NCBI GenBank assembly: GCA_964617935.1
Contig: CAZTWM010000001.1
Coordinates: 1 to 24,954 of the forward strand
Source of the DNA: an uncultured Thermoplasmatales archaeon
GTDB taxonomy: Archaea; Thermoplasmatota; E2; UBA202; JdFR-43
Direction of reading: 5' to 3'
Length of the DNA: 24,954 nt
Shown here: piece after piece, positions 9,200 through 19,150 of the stretch
Position numbering within the stretch: the stretch's first letter is position 1
Layout: the number at the start of each line of letters is the position of its first letter
Notes under the pieces: model-generated
Databases searched by the model: none
The model's input: only the letters and a program-made list of their open reading frames with translations
What the model was told of the DNA's origin: nothing
Program-made: the position numbers and the translations under genes

Positions 9200-11503
9200 A
9201 TGAAATATATTTCGCTTATAATCGCCTTCATTTTTGTTTTTAATACCCTGTATATCACGGGAAATGCCAATAACATAATAGTGGTAAATGGCGGGAGCAT
9301 ACAGGATGCCATAAATGCTGCCAGTGATGGAGACATCATCTACATCATGGAAGGAAAATATCATGAAAGGGTAATTGTAAACAGGAGTGTAACCATAATT
9401 GGCAAGGGAAAAGTTATTATCGATGGCTATGGAAGCACTGCCATGGACATCAAAAAAAGTGGGGTGACACTGGAGAATCTTGCCCTCACAAATTCAAGTG
9501 ATGCCATTATTAAAACTGAAGAAAAAAATGTAAGAATAAGGGAATGTGAAATATATGGTGGAAGATATGGGATTGTTTCATCATATGCCATAATTGAAGA
9601 ATGCATTTTCCATGAATGTGGAAGAGGGGTTTTACTTTACAGAGGAAATTTAGTTTATAATTCCACATTCAAAAAATGTGGATTGGGTATGGAGATAAGG
9701 GGAAAAGAAAATGTGGTGGATGGATGCAATATTCATACCTGCGGCGTTGGAATATATATGGAAAATTCGGAGTCAAATTTAATTACATCATGCTGGGTGC
9801 ACAAAAATAACAATAACGAAGGAGATATATTTCTGCTAAATTCATCAAAAAATTCCATTATGGACTGCAATATAAGTTATGGAAGTTTTGGAATAAGATT
9901 GGTGGAAAGCAATGAGAATACCATCAAAAATAATAATATCTACAGGAGCAGATACGGAATAAAAATGGAGAAATGCAGTGGAAACAGGGTGGAGGGATGT
10001 AAAATAGACTCCAACAGGTTTGGCATCACAGTGGAGAGATGCAGAAATATAAAGATACAATATAACTGGATAGTTGGAAGCCACATGTATTCCATGGATG
10101 CGAGATATTCCATGGTGGATGCGAGATATAACTGGTGGGGAAGCCTGATACCTCACAAACTCCATTTTATATTCAGCAGAGTAAAAATTTTCCCGTGGTA
10201 TATTTATTCTCCCCATTTTAAAGGAAGTGAAAAATCAGATGATTTAAAGGGAAATAGGGAAAGAGAGGTTGTGCCTGCATCTTCATCGAGGAATGAAAAA
10301 ATCGTTTGCAATGACTTTGACCCATTGGTGGACATAAAGATTGGTTTCAGAATAAAGAGGATGAGGGGTATGTGGGGGAGCGGTGAACATTCATTGAATG
10401 TTTACATTGATGGAAAAGGAAATGGAACAACATTTGAAGGAGATTCATCGCCTTTCATCACTTTCTGGCAAAATGTTGATGATTCTGAGCAGAAGATATC
10501 CATAATCATTGATGTGGATGATGAAAATGCATTTCTCACCTATGACATATCAAGGGGGGAATGGTGTGGCGATGATTATTTAAAGGATGGGGATGGCTAT
10601 GGACATTTGAAGTTTAAAAATGCAGAGATATGGTTTGATGTAATATACAATGATTATGACAATGATGGCTTAACCTATTGGGAGGAAGTGCATGTATATG
10701 GCACAGACCCCACGAAAAGCGATTATGGAAAGGATTATGATAATGACGGCATTCCCATTGAATGGGAGGATAAGTATGGCTATAATCCCTTCGAGCCGGA
10801 AAATCACTCCATGGATTATGATAACGACGGCTTAAATGATTACGAGGAATATTACATGGAAGGAATGCTGGCAGACCCCTTTGCTAAAGACATCTTCATA
10901 GAAGTAGATTACATGCCCGGATATGAAATGTATGAAGAGAGCATTCAAATGCTCTATGACGCCTTTGCCAGACATAACATAACAATGCATATTGATGTGG
11001 ATGAGAAACTGCCCTATATGGAAAGAGTGTATTATGGTGATGCTGTGGATTTTTACTGGGACTATTTTCTTCATGGAGATGTTAATAATCCGAGACATGG
11101 AATATTTCATTATCTCATCCTTGTTTCATATGGCTCTTCAAAAAGAGGGGGACATGTTTTCGTTGGTATGGATAACTGCGATTCCATCCTGCTGGCATGC
11201 CAGTATATAAATGACTGGCGTGTTGGGGATGCGAGAAAGGTGGCATATGCCAGTCTCTTCATGCATGAACTTGGTCATAGCCTGGGGATATTCGATGATA
11301 CTTTTGGAGGAGTGGATAATGAAAGTTGCAATAATCCATGGCATAAGGGATACTGGATTTATGCCAATTACAAAAGTTGCATGAACTACAGATATGCTTT
11401 CCAGCAACTGGATTATTCTGATGGAAATCATGGAAGGAATGACTTTGACGACTGGGATAATATAGATTTAGCGTTCTTCAAAGATTCCTACTACTATCCC
11501 TGA
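9200..11503 (+). CDS. Secreted multidomain protein: parallel beta-helix (NosD/CASH-like) + Ca-binding DxDxDG repeats + metzincin-like zinc metallopeptidase
   Basis: Signal peptide; SIQDAINAASDGDIIYI.EGKYHE beta-helix cap followed by Asn/Cys-ladder repeats and DARYNWWG; three DYDNDG repeats; DPFAKDIFIEVDYM; HELGHSLGIFD zinc motif; SCMNY Met-turn. Confidence 0.85.
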   Translation: MKYISLIIAFIFVFNTLYITGNANNIIVVNGGSIQDAINAASDGDIIYIMEGKYHERVIVNRSVTIIGKGKVIIDGYGSTAMDIKKSGVTLENLALTNSSDAIIKTEEKNVRIRECEIYGGRYGIVSSYAIIEECIFHECGRGVLLYRGNLVYNSTFKKCGLGMEIRGKENVVDGCNIHTCGVGIYMENSESNLITSCWVHKNNNNEGDIFLLNSSKNSIMDCNISYGSFGIRLVESNENTIKNNNIYRSRYGIKMEKCSGNRVEGCKIDSNRFGITVERCRNIKIQYNWIVGSHMYSMDARYSMVDARYNWWGSLIPHKLHFIFSRVKIFPWYIYSPHFKGSEKSDDLKGNREREVVPASSSRNEKIVCNDFDPLVDIKIGFRIKRMRGMWGSGEHSLNVYIDGKGNGTTFEGDSSPFITFWQNVDDSEQKISIIIDVDDENAFLTYDISRGEWCGDDYLKDGDGYGHLKFKNAEIWFDVIYNDYDNDGLTYWEEVHVYGTDPTKSDYGKDYDNDGIPIEWEDKYGYNPFEPENHSMDYDNDGLNDYEEYYMEGMLADPFAKDIFIEVDYMPGYEMYEESIQMLYDAFARHNITMHIDVDEKLPYMERVYYGDAVDFYWDYFLHGDVNNPRHGIFHYLILVSYGSSKRGGHVFVGMDNCDSILLACQYINDWRVGDARKVAYASLFMHELGHSLGIFDDTFGGVDNESCNNPWHKGYWIYANYKSCMNYRYAFQQLDYSDGNHGRNDFDDWDNIDLAFFKDSYYYP
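10652..10831 (+). repeat. Three coding DYDNDG repeats at exact 81-nt (27-aa) spacing
   Basis: GATTATGA(C/T)AA(T/C)GA(T/C)GGC starts at 10652, 10733 and 10814. Confidence 0.85.
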
Positions 11504-12134
11504 TTTTGAGGTAAAAGGGACCTGCAGCAGCATATAATGCAGTGGAAAGTAGAAGGATGACAACAAATTCTTTTATTCCACTCATGGCAAAAATTATTAT
11601 TATCGCCGCAATAATTGCAAAATGTTTTTCTATTCTTGGGTATGGCAAAGGGGATATCATCAAAATTGAAAGGAGGATCATGGAAAAAATTATGGAATAG
11701 GGGGGAAAGGAAAGATAGGAAATGGTTACCAAAATTATGGCAGAGGCTGGTGTGGTTATTCCAATGAAAAAATTCTTTTTCCCCAGATGATACGCCACCA
11801 AATGGAGCATACCTGTGATAAGGAATAAGGCAGAGGAAAAAAGGAAGATGGGAGAGATGGTAACATCATAAACCACATATACAAAGAGAATGGGGGCAAT
11901 CAGAAAAGACACTATATCAGAGAACTCATCCATATATCTGCCCAAATATCCTCCATACCTTCTTGCCATTATGCCATCCATTCCATCCGCCAGCACTGCA
12001 AGAAGAATAAAAATCATGGAGACATGCTTTTCTCCTTCGAGAATAAAAAATATGGAAAATAATCCGCATATCCCATTCATTATGGTGAATGAATCTGCAG
12101 GAGACAGTTTTTTAAGAATATATTTTTCTATCAT
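11478..12134 (-). CDS. pssA: CDP-alcohol phosphatidyltransferase, archaetidylserine synthase-like
   Basis: ADGMDGIMARR...GRYMDEFSDIVSF is the CDP-OH-P-transferase motif; FFIGITTPA; multiple TM helices. The start is placed at ATG 12134 because the ORF-track extension is tRNA sequence. The 3' end overlaps the convergent protease gene by 26 nt. Confidence 0.85.
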   Translation of the reverse strand: MIEKYILKKLSPADSFTIMNGICGLFSIFFILEGEKHVSMIFILLAVLADGMDGIMARRYGGYLGRYMDEFSDIVSFLIAPILFVYVVYDVTISPIFLFSSALFLITGMLHLVAYHLGKKNFFIGITTPASAIILVTISYLSFPPYSIIFSMILLSILMISPLPYPRIEKHFAIIAAIIIIFAMSGIKEFVVILLLSTALYAAAGPFYLKIRDSSRNL

Positions 12135-12139
12135 AAAAA

Positions 12140-12213
12140 TGCCGCGGGAGGGGATCGAACCCTCGACCTTGCGGTCTTCAGCCGCACGCTCTCCCAAACT
12201 GAGCTACCGCGGC
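12140..12213 (-). tRNA. tRNA-Phe (GAA), no intron, CCA not encoded
   Basis: The minus strand reads GCCGCGGTAGCTCAGTTTGGGAGAGCGTGCGGCTGAAGACCGCAAGGTCGAGGGTTCGATCCCCTCCCGCGGCA. Acceptor stem GCCGCGG/CCGCGGC, anticodon stem TGCGG/CCGCA with loop CTGAAGA, T-loop GTTCGAT. Confidence 0.97.
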
Positions 12214-12512
12214 ACATCTTCCGCCAGTTCCTTTACCTTTCTTTCTATCTCTTCTATTGCTTTTCCAAGAGTATGCATGAAATTTTCTGTCTTTTCTGTA
12301 ATTATCGCCCCATTGGCTGAAGGTTCTACCAGATGATGTGTTTCCAGAACTCGAAGGGAATATCTCACCTTGTGGGAAGGCAATCCCGTCTTTTCTGATA
12401 ATTTTATTATGCCTATGGGTCCCTCTCTTTGTATGATTTTCAATATTTGAAGATGTCTTTTCACCACATCTATTTCGCCCATGAGTTTATCCATGAAGTT
12501 TTCTTCTGACAC
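12204..12512 (-). CDS. Winged-helix DNA-binding protein (COG3388-like archaeal putative regulator)
   Basis: RHLQILKII.REGPIGIIKLSEKTGLPSHKVRYSLRVLE...LVEPS..GAI matches a conserved euryarchaeal wHTH family. GTG start with TTTATAC/TTTAAG upstream; alternative ATG at 12494. Confidence 0.85.
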   Translation of the reverse strand: MSEENFMDKLMGEIDVVKRHLQILKIIQREGPIGIIKLSEKTGLPSHKVRYSLRVLETHHLVEPSANGAIITEKTENFMHTLGKAIEEIERKVKELAEDVPR

Positions 12513-12542
12513 AATTGGTAATTCTTAAAGGTATAAAAAATG

Positions 12543-13052
12543 TTATGCTTTTATCCTTTCAACCTCTATTCTGCAGGGTGTAGGAAGTTTTGGTATGGCT
12601 CTTTTGAGGGCATTCCTTGCATTTTCTATATTCTCAGGTGTCGTCCATATGGATATTATTTTCTGTCCCTCTTTAACCTGTGCTGCTGTTCCAACCGGCT
12701 TCCCATAAGCCTTTCTCATACCCTGTGAGACTCTGTCTGCCCCTGCGCCTGTAGCCTGCTTGTTTTCTCTGACCACCACATGTGGATATACCCTTATTTT
12801 CATCCTGTAATTTGCCTTTCCCGCCATTTTCATTATGTGACGGTTCACTGAAATACGAACTGCTTCAAGGGCTCTGTGAAGAATATTGCATTTTTCCTTT
12901 GCTATGAGGGAAATCTCCACAGGAAATTCAGCAGTTAAATTGCCCAGGTCAAACTGACTTATTCTTGGATTGGGGACCCCTCCAATGTATTCCTTCCTCG
13001 TTGTAACCCTTCCTCTGATGTTTCTATACATCCTTGCAGGCTTTCGAGACAT
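12543..13052 (-). CDS. rpl16: 50S ribosomal protein uL16 (L10e)
   Basis: MSRKPARMYR...RKEYIGGVP, ALEAVRISVNR, RVYPHVVVRENKQATGAGADRVSQGMRKAYGKPVGTAA, KLP. Confidence 0.97.
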   Translation of the reverse strand: MSRKPARMYRNIRGRVTTRKEYIGGVPNPRISQFDLGNLTAEFPVEISLIAKEKCNILHRALEAVRISVNRHIMKMAGKANYRMKIRVYPHVVVRENKQATGAGADRVSQGMRKAYGKPVGTAAQVKEGQKIISIWTTPENIENARNALKRAIPKLPTPCRIEVERIKA

Positions 13053-13070
13053 GAAGGTAGATGAGAATTT

Positions 13071-13080
13071 ATTATATAAA
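13071..13080 (-). promoter_or_regulatory. TATA box for rpl16
   Basis: TTTATATAAT on the minus strand about 19-28 nt upstream of ATG 13052, in the 42-bp gyrA-rpl16 gap. Confidence 0.55.
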
Positions 13081-13094
13081 GGTAATGGGATGCG

Positions 13095-15470
13095 TCATAT
13101 TTTTGTTACACTCACCACTTTGTCCCCCTTATTTAGTCTCATGAGCCTCACTCCCATGGTATTTCTTCCCTGTCTTCTTATGTCTGCTGCCCTTATCCTC
13201 ACCATCATCCCCTCCCTGCTTGATATGAGAATTTCATTTTCATCCTTTACTGCTATAACGTCCACCACCTTTCCATTCCTCTCATTGGTTTTTATGGTTA
13301 TGACTCCCCTCGCCCCTCTCTTTGTTATTCTGTATTCATCAATGCTTGTCCTCTTTCCATATCCATTTTCAGTGACAGTGAGCAAATCTCCTTCCTTCGC
13401 AGATTCTATGGAAACAACTTCATCCTCCCTCAGCCTTATGCCCCTCACTCCCATGGCATTTCTTCCCATTTTTCTGAGTTGATTTTCATAAAACATACAT
13501 GCATATCCATTTCTGGTGGAGAGCACCACTCTATCTCCTTCACCAATCATTCTAACGCCTGCAATTTCATCTCCCTCCCTCAACAGGGTTGCTCTTATGC
13601 CATTGGAACGAATGTTTTTCAGCAGCATGAGGGACATCTTTTTCACAATGCCCTTCTTGGTGGCAAAAATGAGGCTGGCATCGCTGAATTCCTTCACTGG
13701 CAGCACTTCCACAATTTCTTTTGTTGGCAACAGATTTATTAATGCCCTGCCCTTTGAATGCCTCCCTCCATGCGGAATTTCATATGCCTTTTTGGCAAAC
13801 ACCCTTCCATCTGAAGAGAAAAAGAGTAAATAATCATGGGTGGATGCCTTGACTATTTTGTATATGGTGTCCTCTTCTTTGGTTTTCATTCCTATCAAAC
13901 CCTTTCCACCCCTTCTCTGACTTCTGTATTCATCAAGAGAAACTCTTTTTATGTATCCTCCTGATGTGAGAATTATAACCATGTCCTCTTCCTGTATCAA
14001 ATCCTCTATATCTATGGATATCTCCCCTTCCTGTATTTCCGTCCTTCTTTCATCGCCATAGGTTTCCTTCAGATACTGCAACTCCTTCTTTATTATTCCA
14101 TCCATTTCCTCCTGATCGGCAAGTATTCTTCTCAGTTCTTCAATCTCCTTTTCCTTCCCCTCCCTTTCCTTCTTCAATTGCTCAAATTCCATTGAAGTCA
14201 AAGACTGCAATCTCATGGAAAGTATTTCCTTAGCCTGCTTTTCAGAAAATTTAAACTTCTTTATCAGATTCTCTCCCGCTTCCTTCACATCTCTGGATTT
14301 CCTTATTGTATCTATCACCTCATCTATGTTCTCCAGTGCCTTTATGAATCCATCCAGGATGTGCTTCCTCTCCTCTGCTTTTTTGAGTAAAAACTGGCTT
14401 CTCCTCCTTATTATCTCCCTTCTATGACGTATATACTCTGCTATTATATCCTTTATATTGAGGAGACGGGGAACACCATCCACCAGCGCTATGCAATTTA
14501 TCCCATATGTTCTCTCCATATTGGTATGTTTGAAAAGTTGATTTTGAACAATCTCTGGATAAAAATCCTTTTTTACGTAAATTACTATTCTCAAACCTTT
14601 CCTGTCTGACTCGTCCCTCAAATCAGAAATTCCTTTAAGGACCTCTTTCCTCACAAGTTCTGCAATATGCTTTATCAAATCCGCCTTATTTACCTGATAG
14701 GGCAATTCTGTCACCACAATTTTATTTCCTTCAATGCGCGTCCTTGCCCTTATCTTTATTCTCCCCTTTCCTGTCTTATAAGCCCTCAGTATATCCCATT
14801 TTCCAGATACTATTCCTCCTGTGGGAAAATCGGGTCCTTTTATATATTGAAGAATTTCCTCAACAGTGATATCAGGATTCTCTATGGTGGCTATTATGGC
14901 ATCCACCACCTCATTGAGATTATGGGGCGGTATTTCAGTAGCCATTCCCACTGCTATGCCCGTGGAGCCGTTAAGTAAAAGATTCGGGAGGAGGGCGGGC
15001 AGAACAATCGGCTCTTTCAATGTGCCGTCAAAATTATCACGCCACTCCACCGTCTCCTTATCAATATCCTTCAGCAATTCCTCGCTTATTTTGCTCAATC
15101 TTGCTTCAGTATATCTCATGGCGGCGGGTGCGTCTCCATCAACACTTCCAAAATTTCCCTGCCCATCTATTAAAGGATATCTCATGGAAAATGACTGAGC
15201 CATTCTTACCAGAGCATCATAAATGGCTGCATCTCCATGAGGATGGAACTTACCAAGCACTTCCCCAACCACTCTCGCCGACTTTCTATGGGGCTTGTTA
15301 TAATGCAATCCCATTTCTTTCATGGCATAAAGAATTCGGCGATGGACAGGCTTTAAACCATCCCTTACATCTGGAAGGGCTCTGCCAACAATTACACTCA
15401 TGGAATAATCGAGATAGGAGGTTTTCATCTCCTCCTCTATGTACCTCGGCAAAACATTTTCAGATATCAA
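13095..15470 (-). CDS. gyrA: DNA gyrase subunit A
   Basis: [34 protein letters not shown] (catalytic Tyr), GyrA-box QRRGGKG, beta-pinwheel CTD repeats. The TTG start overlaps the gyrB stop. Confidence 0.97.
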   Translation of the reverse strand: MISENVLPRYIEEEMKTSYLDYSMSVIVGRALPDVRDGLKPVHRRILYAMKEMGLHYNKPHRKSARVVGEVLGKFHPHGDAAIYDALVRMAQSFSMRYPLIDGQGNFGSVDGDAPAAMRYTEARLSKISEELLKDIDKETVEWRDNFDGTLKEPIVLPALLPNLLLNGSTGIAVGMATEIPPHNLNEVVDAIIATIENPDITVEEILQYIKGPDFPTGGIVSGKWDILRAYKTGKGRIKIRARTRIEGNKIVVTELPYQVNKADLIKHIAELVRKEVLKGISDLRDESDRKGLRIVIYVKKDFYPEIVQNQLFKHTNMERTYGINCIALVDGVPRLLNIKDIIAEYIRHRREIIRRRSQFLLKKAEERKHILDGFIKALENIDEVIDTIRKSRDVKEAGENLIKKFKFSEKQAKEILSMRLQSLTSMEFEQLKKEREGKEKEIEELRRILADQEEMDGIIKKELQYLKETYGDERRTEIQEGEISIDIEDLIQEEDMVIILTSGGYIKRVSLDEYRSQRRGGKGLIGMKTKEEDTIYKIVKASTHDYLLFFSSDGRVFAKKAYEIPHGGRHSKGRALINLLPTKEIVEVLPVKEFSDASLIFATKKGIVKKMSLMLLKNIRSNGIRATLLREGDEIAGVRMIGEGDRVVLSTRNGYACMFYENQLRKMGRNAMGVRGIRLREDEVVSIESAKEGDLLTVTENGYGKRTSIDEYRITKRGARGVITIKTNERNGKVVDVIAVKDENEILISSREGMMVRIRAADIRRQGRNTMGVRLMRLNKGDKVVSVTKI

Positions 15471-17334
15471 GGTTCACAACCTCCTTCGCATGTTTCCTTA
15501 TAAATTCTCTCCTTTCATCAACATTTTTGCCCATCAAAATGGTGAATAATTTATCAGCCTCTATTGCATCTTCGATTTCCACCCTTTTTAGTATTCTCCT
15601 GTCAGGATTCATTGTCGTCTCCCATAACTGCTCGGGATTCATCTCTCCCAACCCCTTGTAGCGCTGTATGGTAGCCCCATCTTCTGCAATCCTCTTCATC
15701 TCCTCATCACTATATGCATAGTATTCTTTTTTGCCCTTCTTTATCCTGTAAAGGGGTGGCTGTGCTATGTAAACATAACCATTTTGAATTAACGGCTTCA
15801 TATATCTGAAGAAAAAGGTGAGAAGTAAAGTTCTTATGTGTGCCCCATCCACGTCGGCATCTGTCATTATTATTATCTTGTGATAGTTTGCTTTCCTTAT
15901 GTCAAACTCGTCCCCTATACCTGTGCCAATGGAAGCAATTATCGCCTTGATTTCATCATTCTCCAGGATTTTATCAAAACTTGCCTTCTCCACATTAAGT
16001 ATCTTTCCCTTTAAAGGCAGAATTGCCTGCGTCTCCCTGTTCCGCCCCTGCTTGGCAGAGCCGCCAGCGGAATCGCCCTCCACAATAAATAATTCACATT
16101 TTTTGGGGTCGCTGGAAGTGCAGTCAGCGAGTTTTCCTGGAAGGGCAATGGATTCAAGATAACTCTTTTTTCTCACCAGTTCCCTTGCCTTTCTTGCTGC
16201 ATCCCTTGCCTTCGCCGCCTGCATTGCCTTGTCGATTATGGTTTTTGCCACCTGCGGGTTTTCTTCGAGATAGATGGAGAGTTTGTCATACACAATCGTT
16301 TCCACTATGCCCTTCACTTCTGAATTGCCGAGTTTTGTTTTTGTCTGCCCCTCAAACTGGGGGTCTGGAACCTTGCATGAGACTATGGCGGTGAGTCCTT
16401 CCCTCACGTCCTCTCCTCCGAGAGATTCATTGTTTTTGAATATGTTCTTTCTCCCATATTCATTGAGCACACGGGTGAGGGCGGACTTGAAGCCAGAAAG
16501 GTGTGTTCCTCCTTCCCTTGTATTTATGTTATTGACAAAGGTGAATATGTTTTCGGTGTAGCCATCTGTATACTGCAATGCTATTTCCACCTGCACCCCA
16601 TCCTTTTCTCCAAAAAGATATACAACATCATGCAATGGATTTCTGCTCTTGTTTATATATCTAACAAATTCCTCTATCCCTCCTTCATAATGGAATTCAT
16701 CTTCCCTCCCGCTTTTTCTGTCCACAAGCCTTACCTTCAACCCTTTATTCAGGAAGGCAATTTCCTGCAGTCTTTTCCTCAATATATTATAATCAAAGGT
16801 CTTACCTCCAAAAATCTCATCATCCGGCATGAAGGTTATGGTTGTGCCTGTTTCATTTGCGTCTCCCACTATTTCAACAGGGCTTACCGGCTTGCCCCTC
16901 TCATATCTCTGCCTGTATATTTTGCCCTCTCTTTTCACCTCCGCCACAAGCCATTTTGAAAGGGCGTTGACGACGGAAACGCCAACTCCATGCAATCCTC
17001 CCGCCACTTTATATGCCCCGCTCTCAAATTTTCCTCCTGCATGAAGTTTTGTCATAACAACTTCCAAGCCAGAGATTCCAAACTCTTCATGGGTTTCAAC
17101 GGGAATACCTCTTCCATTATCTATAACAGTAATGCTCCCATCTTCATTTATTATAACATCTATTCTGTTGCAGTAGCCAGCCAGCGCTTCATCAACGGAA
17201 TTATCCACCACCTCCTCCACCAGATGATGCAATCCACGCTCATCCGTGGAGCCTATATACATGGCGGGCCTTTTGCGAACTGCTTCTAAGCCCTCCAGTA
17301 CTTTAATCTTATCTACTCCATATTCGTTACTCAT
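15460..17334 (-). CDS. gyrB: DNA gyrase subunit B
   Basis: [77 protein letters not shown]. At 624 aa it lacks the proteobacterial insertion. Confidence 0.97.
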   Translation of the reverse strand: MSNEYGVDKIKVLEGLEAVRKRPAMYIGSTDERGLHHLVEEVVDNSVDEALAGYCNRIDVIINEDGSITVIDNGRGIPVETHEEFGISGLEVVMTKLHAGGKFESGAYKVAGGLHGVGVSVVNALSKWLVAEVKREGKIYRQRYERGKPVSPVEIVGDANETGTTITFMPDDEIFGGKTFDYNILRKRLQEIAFLNKGLKVRLVDRKSGREDEFHYEGGIEEFVRYINKSRNPLHDVVYLFGEKDGVQVEIALQYTDGYTENIFTFVNNINTREGGTHLSGFKSALTRVLNEYGRKNIFKNNESLGGEDVREGLTAIVSCKVPDPQFEGQTKTKLGNSEVKGIVETIVYDKLSIYLEENPQVAKTIIDKAMQAAKARDAARKARELVRKKSYLESIALPGKLADCTSSDPKKCELFIVEGDSAGGSAKQGRNRETQAILPLKGKILNVEKASFDKILENDEIKAIIASIGTGIGDEFDIRKANYHKIIIMTDADVDGAHIRTLLLTFFFRYMKPLIQNGYVYIAQPPLYRIKKGKKEYYAYSDEEMKRIAEDGATIQRYKGLGEMNPEQLWETTMNPDRRILKRVEIEDAIEADKLFTILMGKNVDERREFIRKHAKEVVNLDI

Positions 17335-17345
17335 TTTCTAAAAAA

Positions 17346-17621
17346 TTAGTGGAAGATTTTTTTTGCTTCTCCTTTCTTATGCTCTTCCATATGTCCTGCT
17401 TCCATTTTATTCCAGCAATTCTCACAATATAACTTACCACATATGGGGCATTCATAAACCATACCTTTATAATTCGGGTCAAGCATATTTATTCCACATA
17501 CACTGCAGGATGTTTCTTCCTTGTAGGTTTCTCTACATTCCTTACACACCACCACATCTGGAGTGAGTAGATTTCTTATCTTTTCCCTTCTGATTTCGTC
17601 CTCATTCATTTTATTCCCCAT
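17346..17621 (-). CDS. Small Cys8 zinc-binding hypothetical protein
   Basis: Four CxxC motifs (CKEC, CSVC, CPIC, CENC); ends 11 nt before the gyrB start; TTTATATG upstream. The start may be 17609. Confidence 0.7.
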   Translation of the reverse strand: MGNKMNEDEIRREKIRNLLTPDVVVCKECRETYKEETSCSVCGINMLDPNYKGMVYECPICGKLYCENCWNKMEAGHMEEHKKGEAKKIFH

Positions 17622-17942
17622 CCAAAATCAATTGGGGCATATAAAGTTTATTGTATGCACTCCTTTTAAAGTGAAATCCGAGAGTATGAAATAAGGACAG
17701 GGAAATCCCATTTCAGGAAATAGGATGTAAAGGGCATGATTTGGCTTATCGCCTTCCCATTAAGATGCTCCAGAAAATTATTTTTGTATTACTCCCATAA
17801 CGATTTAAAGGCCACATAAATGGAAATGGAAATTTCTCATATATGCCACCATTTCCATGTTTCATGAAAAAAGAAGCATACAAAATTATAAAAATACAGA
17901 CCCCAAGACCATAATATAAATATCCCTTCATATTTTATCTCC

Positions 17943-19145
17943 ATGATTTCAAAGCCCCGTGGCACAAGAGATTTCGCTCCAGAAGAAATGAGAAAAAGGA
18001 GGTGGCTTGAGAAAAAAATGATGGAAGTTTTTGAGAAATATGGGTATGAGGAGATTGCCACCCCCACCTTTGAACATCTTGATTTGTTCACTCTCAAGTC
18101 AGGGGAAGGAGTGATAGAGGAAACCTATGCCTTTGAGGATAAATCAGGAAGAAAACTTGCTCTCCGCCCTGAACTCACCGCTCCTGTCATGCGTTTTTAT
18201 GTGGAAAAATTTCAGATGGAGACAAAGCCATTGAAATTCTATTATTTCGGAAACTGCTTCAGATATGACAGACCCCAGAAAGGGAGATACAGAGAATTCT
18301 GGCAGTTTGGATGCGAGATGATAGGAAGCGACAACCCTGAGGCAATTGCTGAACTTATATCCCTTGCCCATTCTGTATTGAAGGAAAGTGGATTGAAGAA
18401 TTTAATAGTGAGGATTGGCAACCTTGATATCCTGCGAAGATTCCTGGATGGGATAGGGGCAAGAGATGCGGAGATAATGCGTCTGATAGACAAAAAGGAT
18501 TTTGATGAACTCGAAAGAAGAATGGGAAAAGAGGATTTCAAAAAATTCATGAAATTCATAGAAGAAAAAAATCTGGAATCCATTGAATTCGAAGAGGCGG
18601 AAAGAATGAGGGAAATCCTTTCATATCTCGAGGAATTTTCTGTGCCATACAACATAGATTTATCCATAGCAAGGGGACTGGACTATTACATTGGAACAGT
18701 CTTTGAAATTGATGCCCCCCGCCTGGGGGCGGAGAAGCAGTTATGTGGAGGAGGAGAATACAATCTTGTCCCCATTCTTGGAGGGAAAAAGATAGCAACA
18801 TCTGGCTTTGCCATTGGATTTGATAGAACACTTCTTGCTCTTGAGATGGAAGGTTTTGAATTTGGAGAGGATGGGGGAAAGATTTACGTGGCATACATGG
18901 AAGGAATGTTGAAGGGGGCAATAAAAGTGGCAAAGATGCTGAGAAAGGAGGGGATAAAAACAGAAATGGACATAATGAGGAGAAATATAAGAAAATCACT
19001 GGATTACGCCAATAAGAAAGGAATAAAGCACGTTGTCATAGTGGCACCAGATGAATGGAAGGAGGGAATGATTCTTCTCAAAAACATGGAAACAGGAGAG
19101 CAGAAGAAGATAAAAATGGAGGAGATTGTAGAAAAACTTTCATAA
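17943..19145 (+). CDS. hisS: Histidine--tRNA ligase
   Basis: KPRGTRDF, LALRPELTAPVMR, FRYDRPQKGRYREFWQFG.E, ARGLDYYIGTVFE, LCGGGEY, GFAIGFDR, anticodon-binding CTD. Confidence 0.97.
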   Translation: MISKPRGTRDFAPEEMRKRRWLEKKMMEVFEKYGYEEIATPTFEHLDLFTLKSGEGVIEETYAFEDKSGRKLALRPELTAPVMRFYVEKFQMETKPLKFYYFGNCFRYDRPQKGRYREFWQFGCEMIGSDNPEAIAELISLAHSVLKESGLKNLIVRIGNLDILRRFLDGIGARDAEIMRLIDKKDFDELERRMGKEDFKKFMKFIEEKNLESIEFEEAERMREILSYLEEFSVPYNIDLSIARGLDYYIGTVFEIDAPRLGAEKQLCGGGEYNLVPILGGKKIATSGFAIGFDRTLLALEMEGFEFGEDGGKIYVAYMEGMLKGAIKVAKMLRKEGIKTEMDIMRRNIRKSLDYANKKGIKHVVIVAPDEWKEGMILLKNMETGEQKKIKMEEIVEKLS

Positions 19146-19150
19146 TGTTT

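Noticed and set aside
11478-12197. 239-aa version of pssA starting MGERAAEDRK
   Set aside because: The N-terminal 21 codons are tRNA-Phe sequence; the plausible start is ATG 12134.
12140-12213. tRNA as an integration site for a mobile element
   Set aside because: I saw no duplicated tRNA 3' fragment and no integrase in the window; the flanks are housekeeping genes.
15020-15661. 213-aa plus-strand ORF and other ORFs antisense to gcvP, gyrA/B, hisS, arcC and the GTPase operon
   Set aside because: They are shadow ORFs opposite strongly conserved genes, with non-protein-like composition.
17746-17931. 61-aa hydrophobic ORF on the minus strand, and an 8-bp inverted repeat (ATGGAAAT...ATTTCCAT, 17826-17858)
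   Set aside because: The ORF starts 11 nt from the divergent hisS ATG, contains the hisS TATA box and resembles no family I know. The repeat arms are short with a 17-nt loop. A small gene or remnant in this 320-nt gap cannot be excluded.
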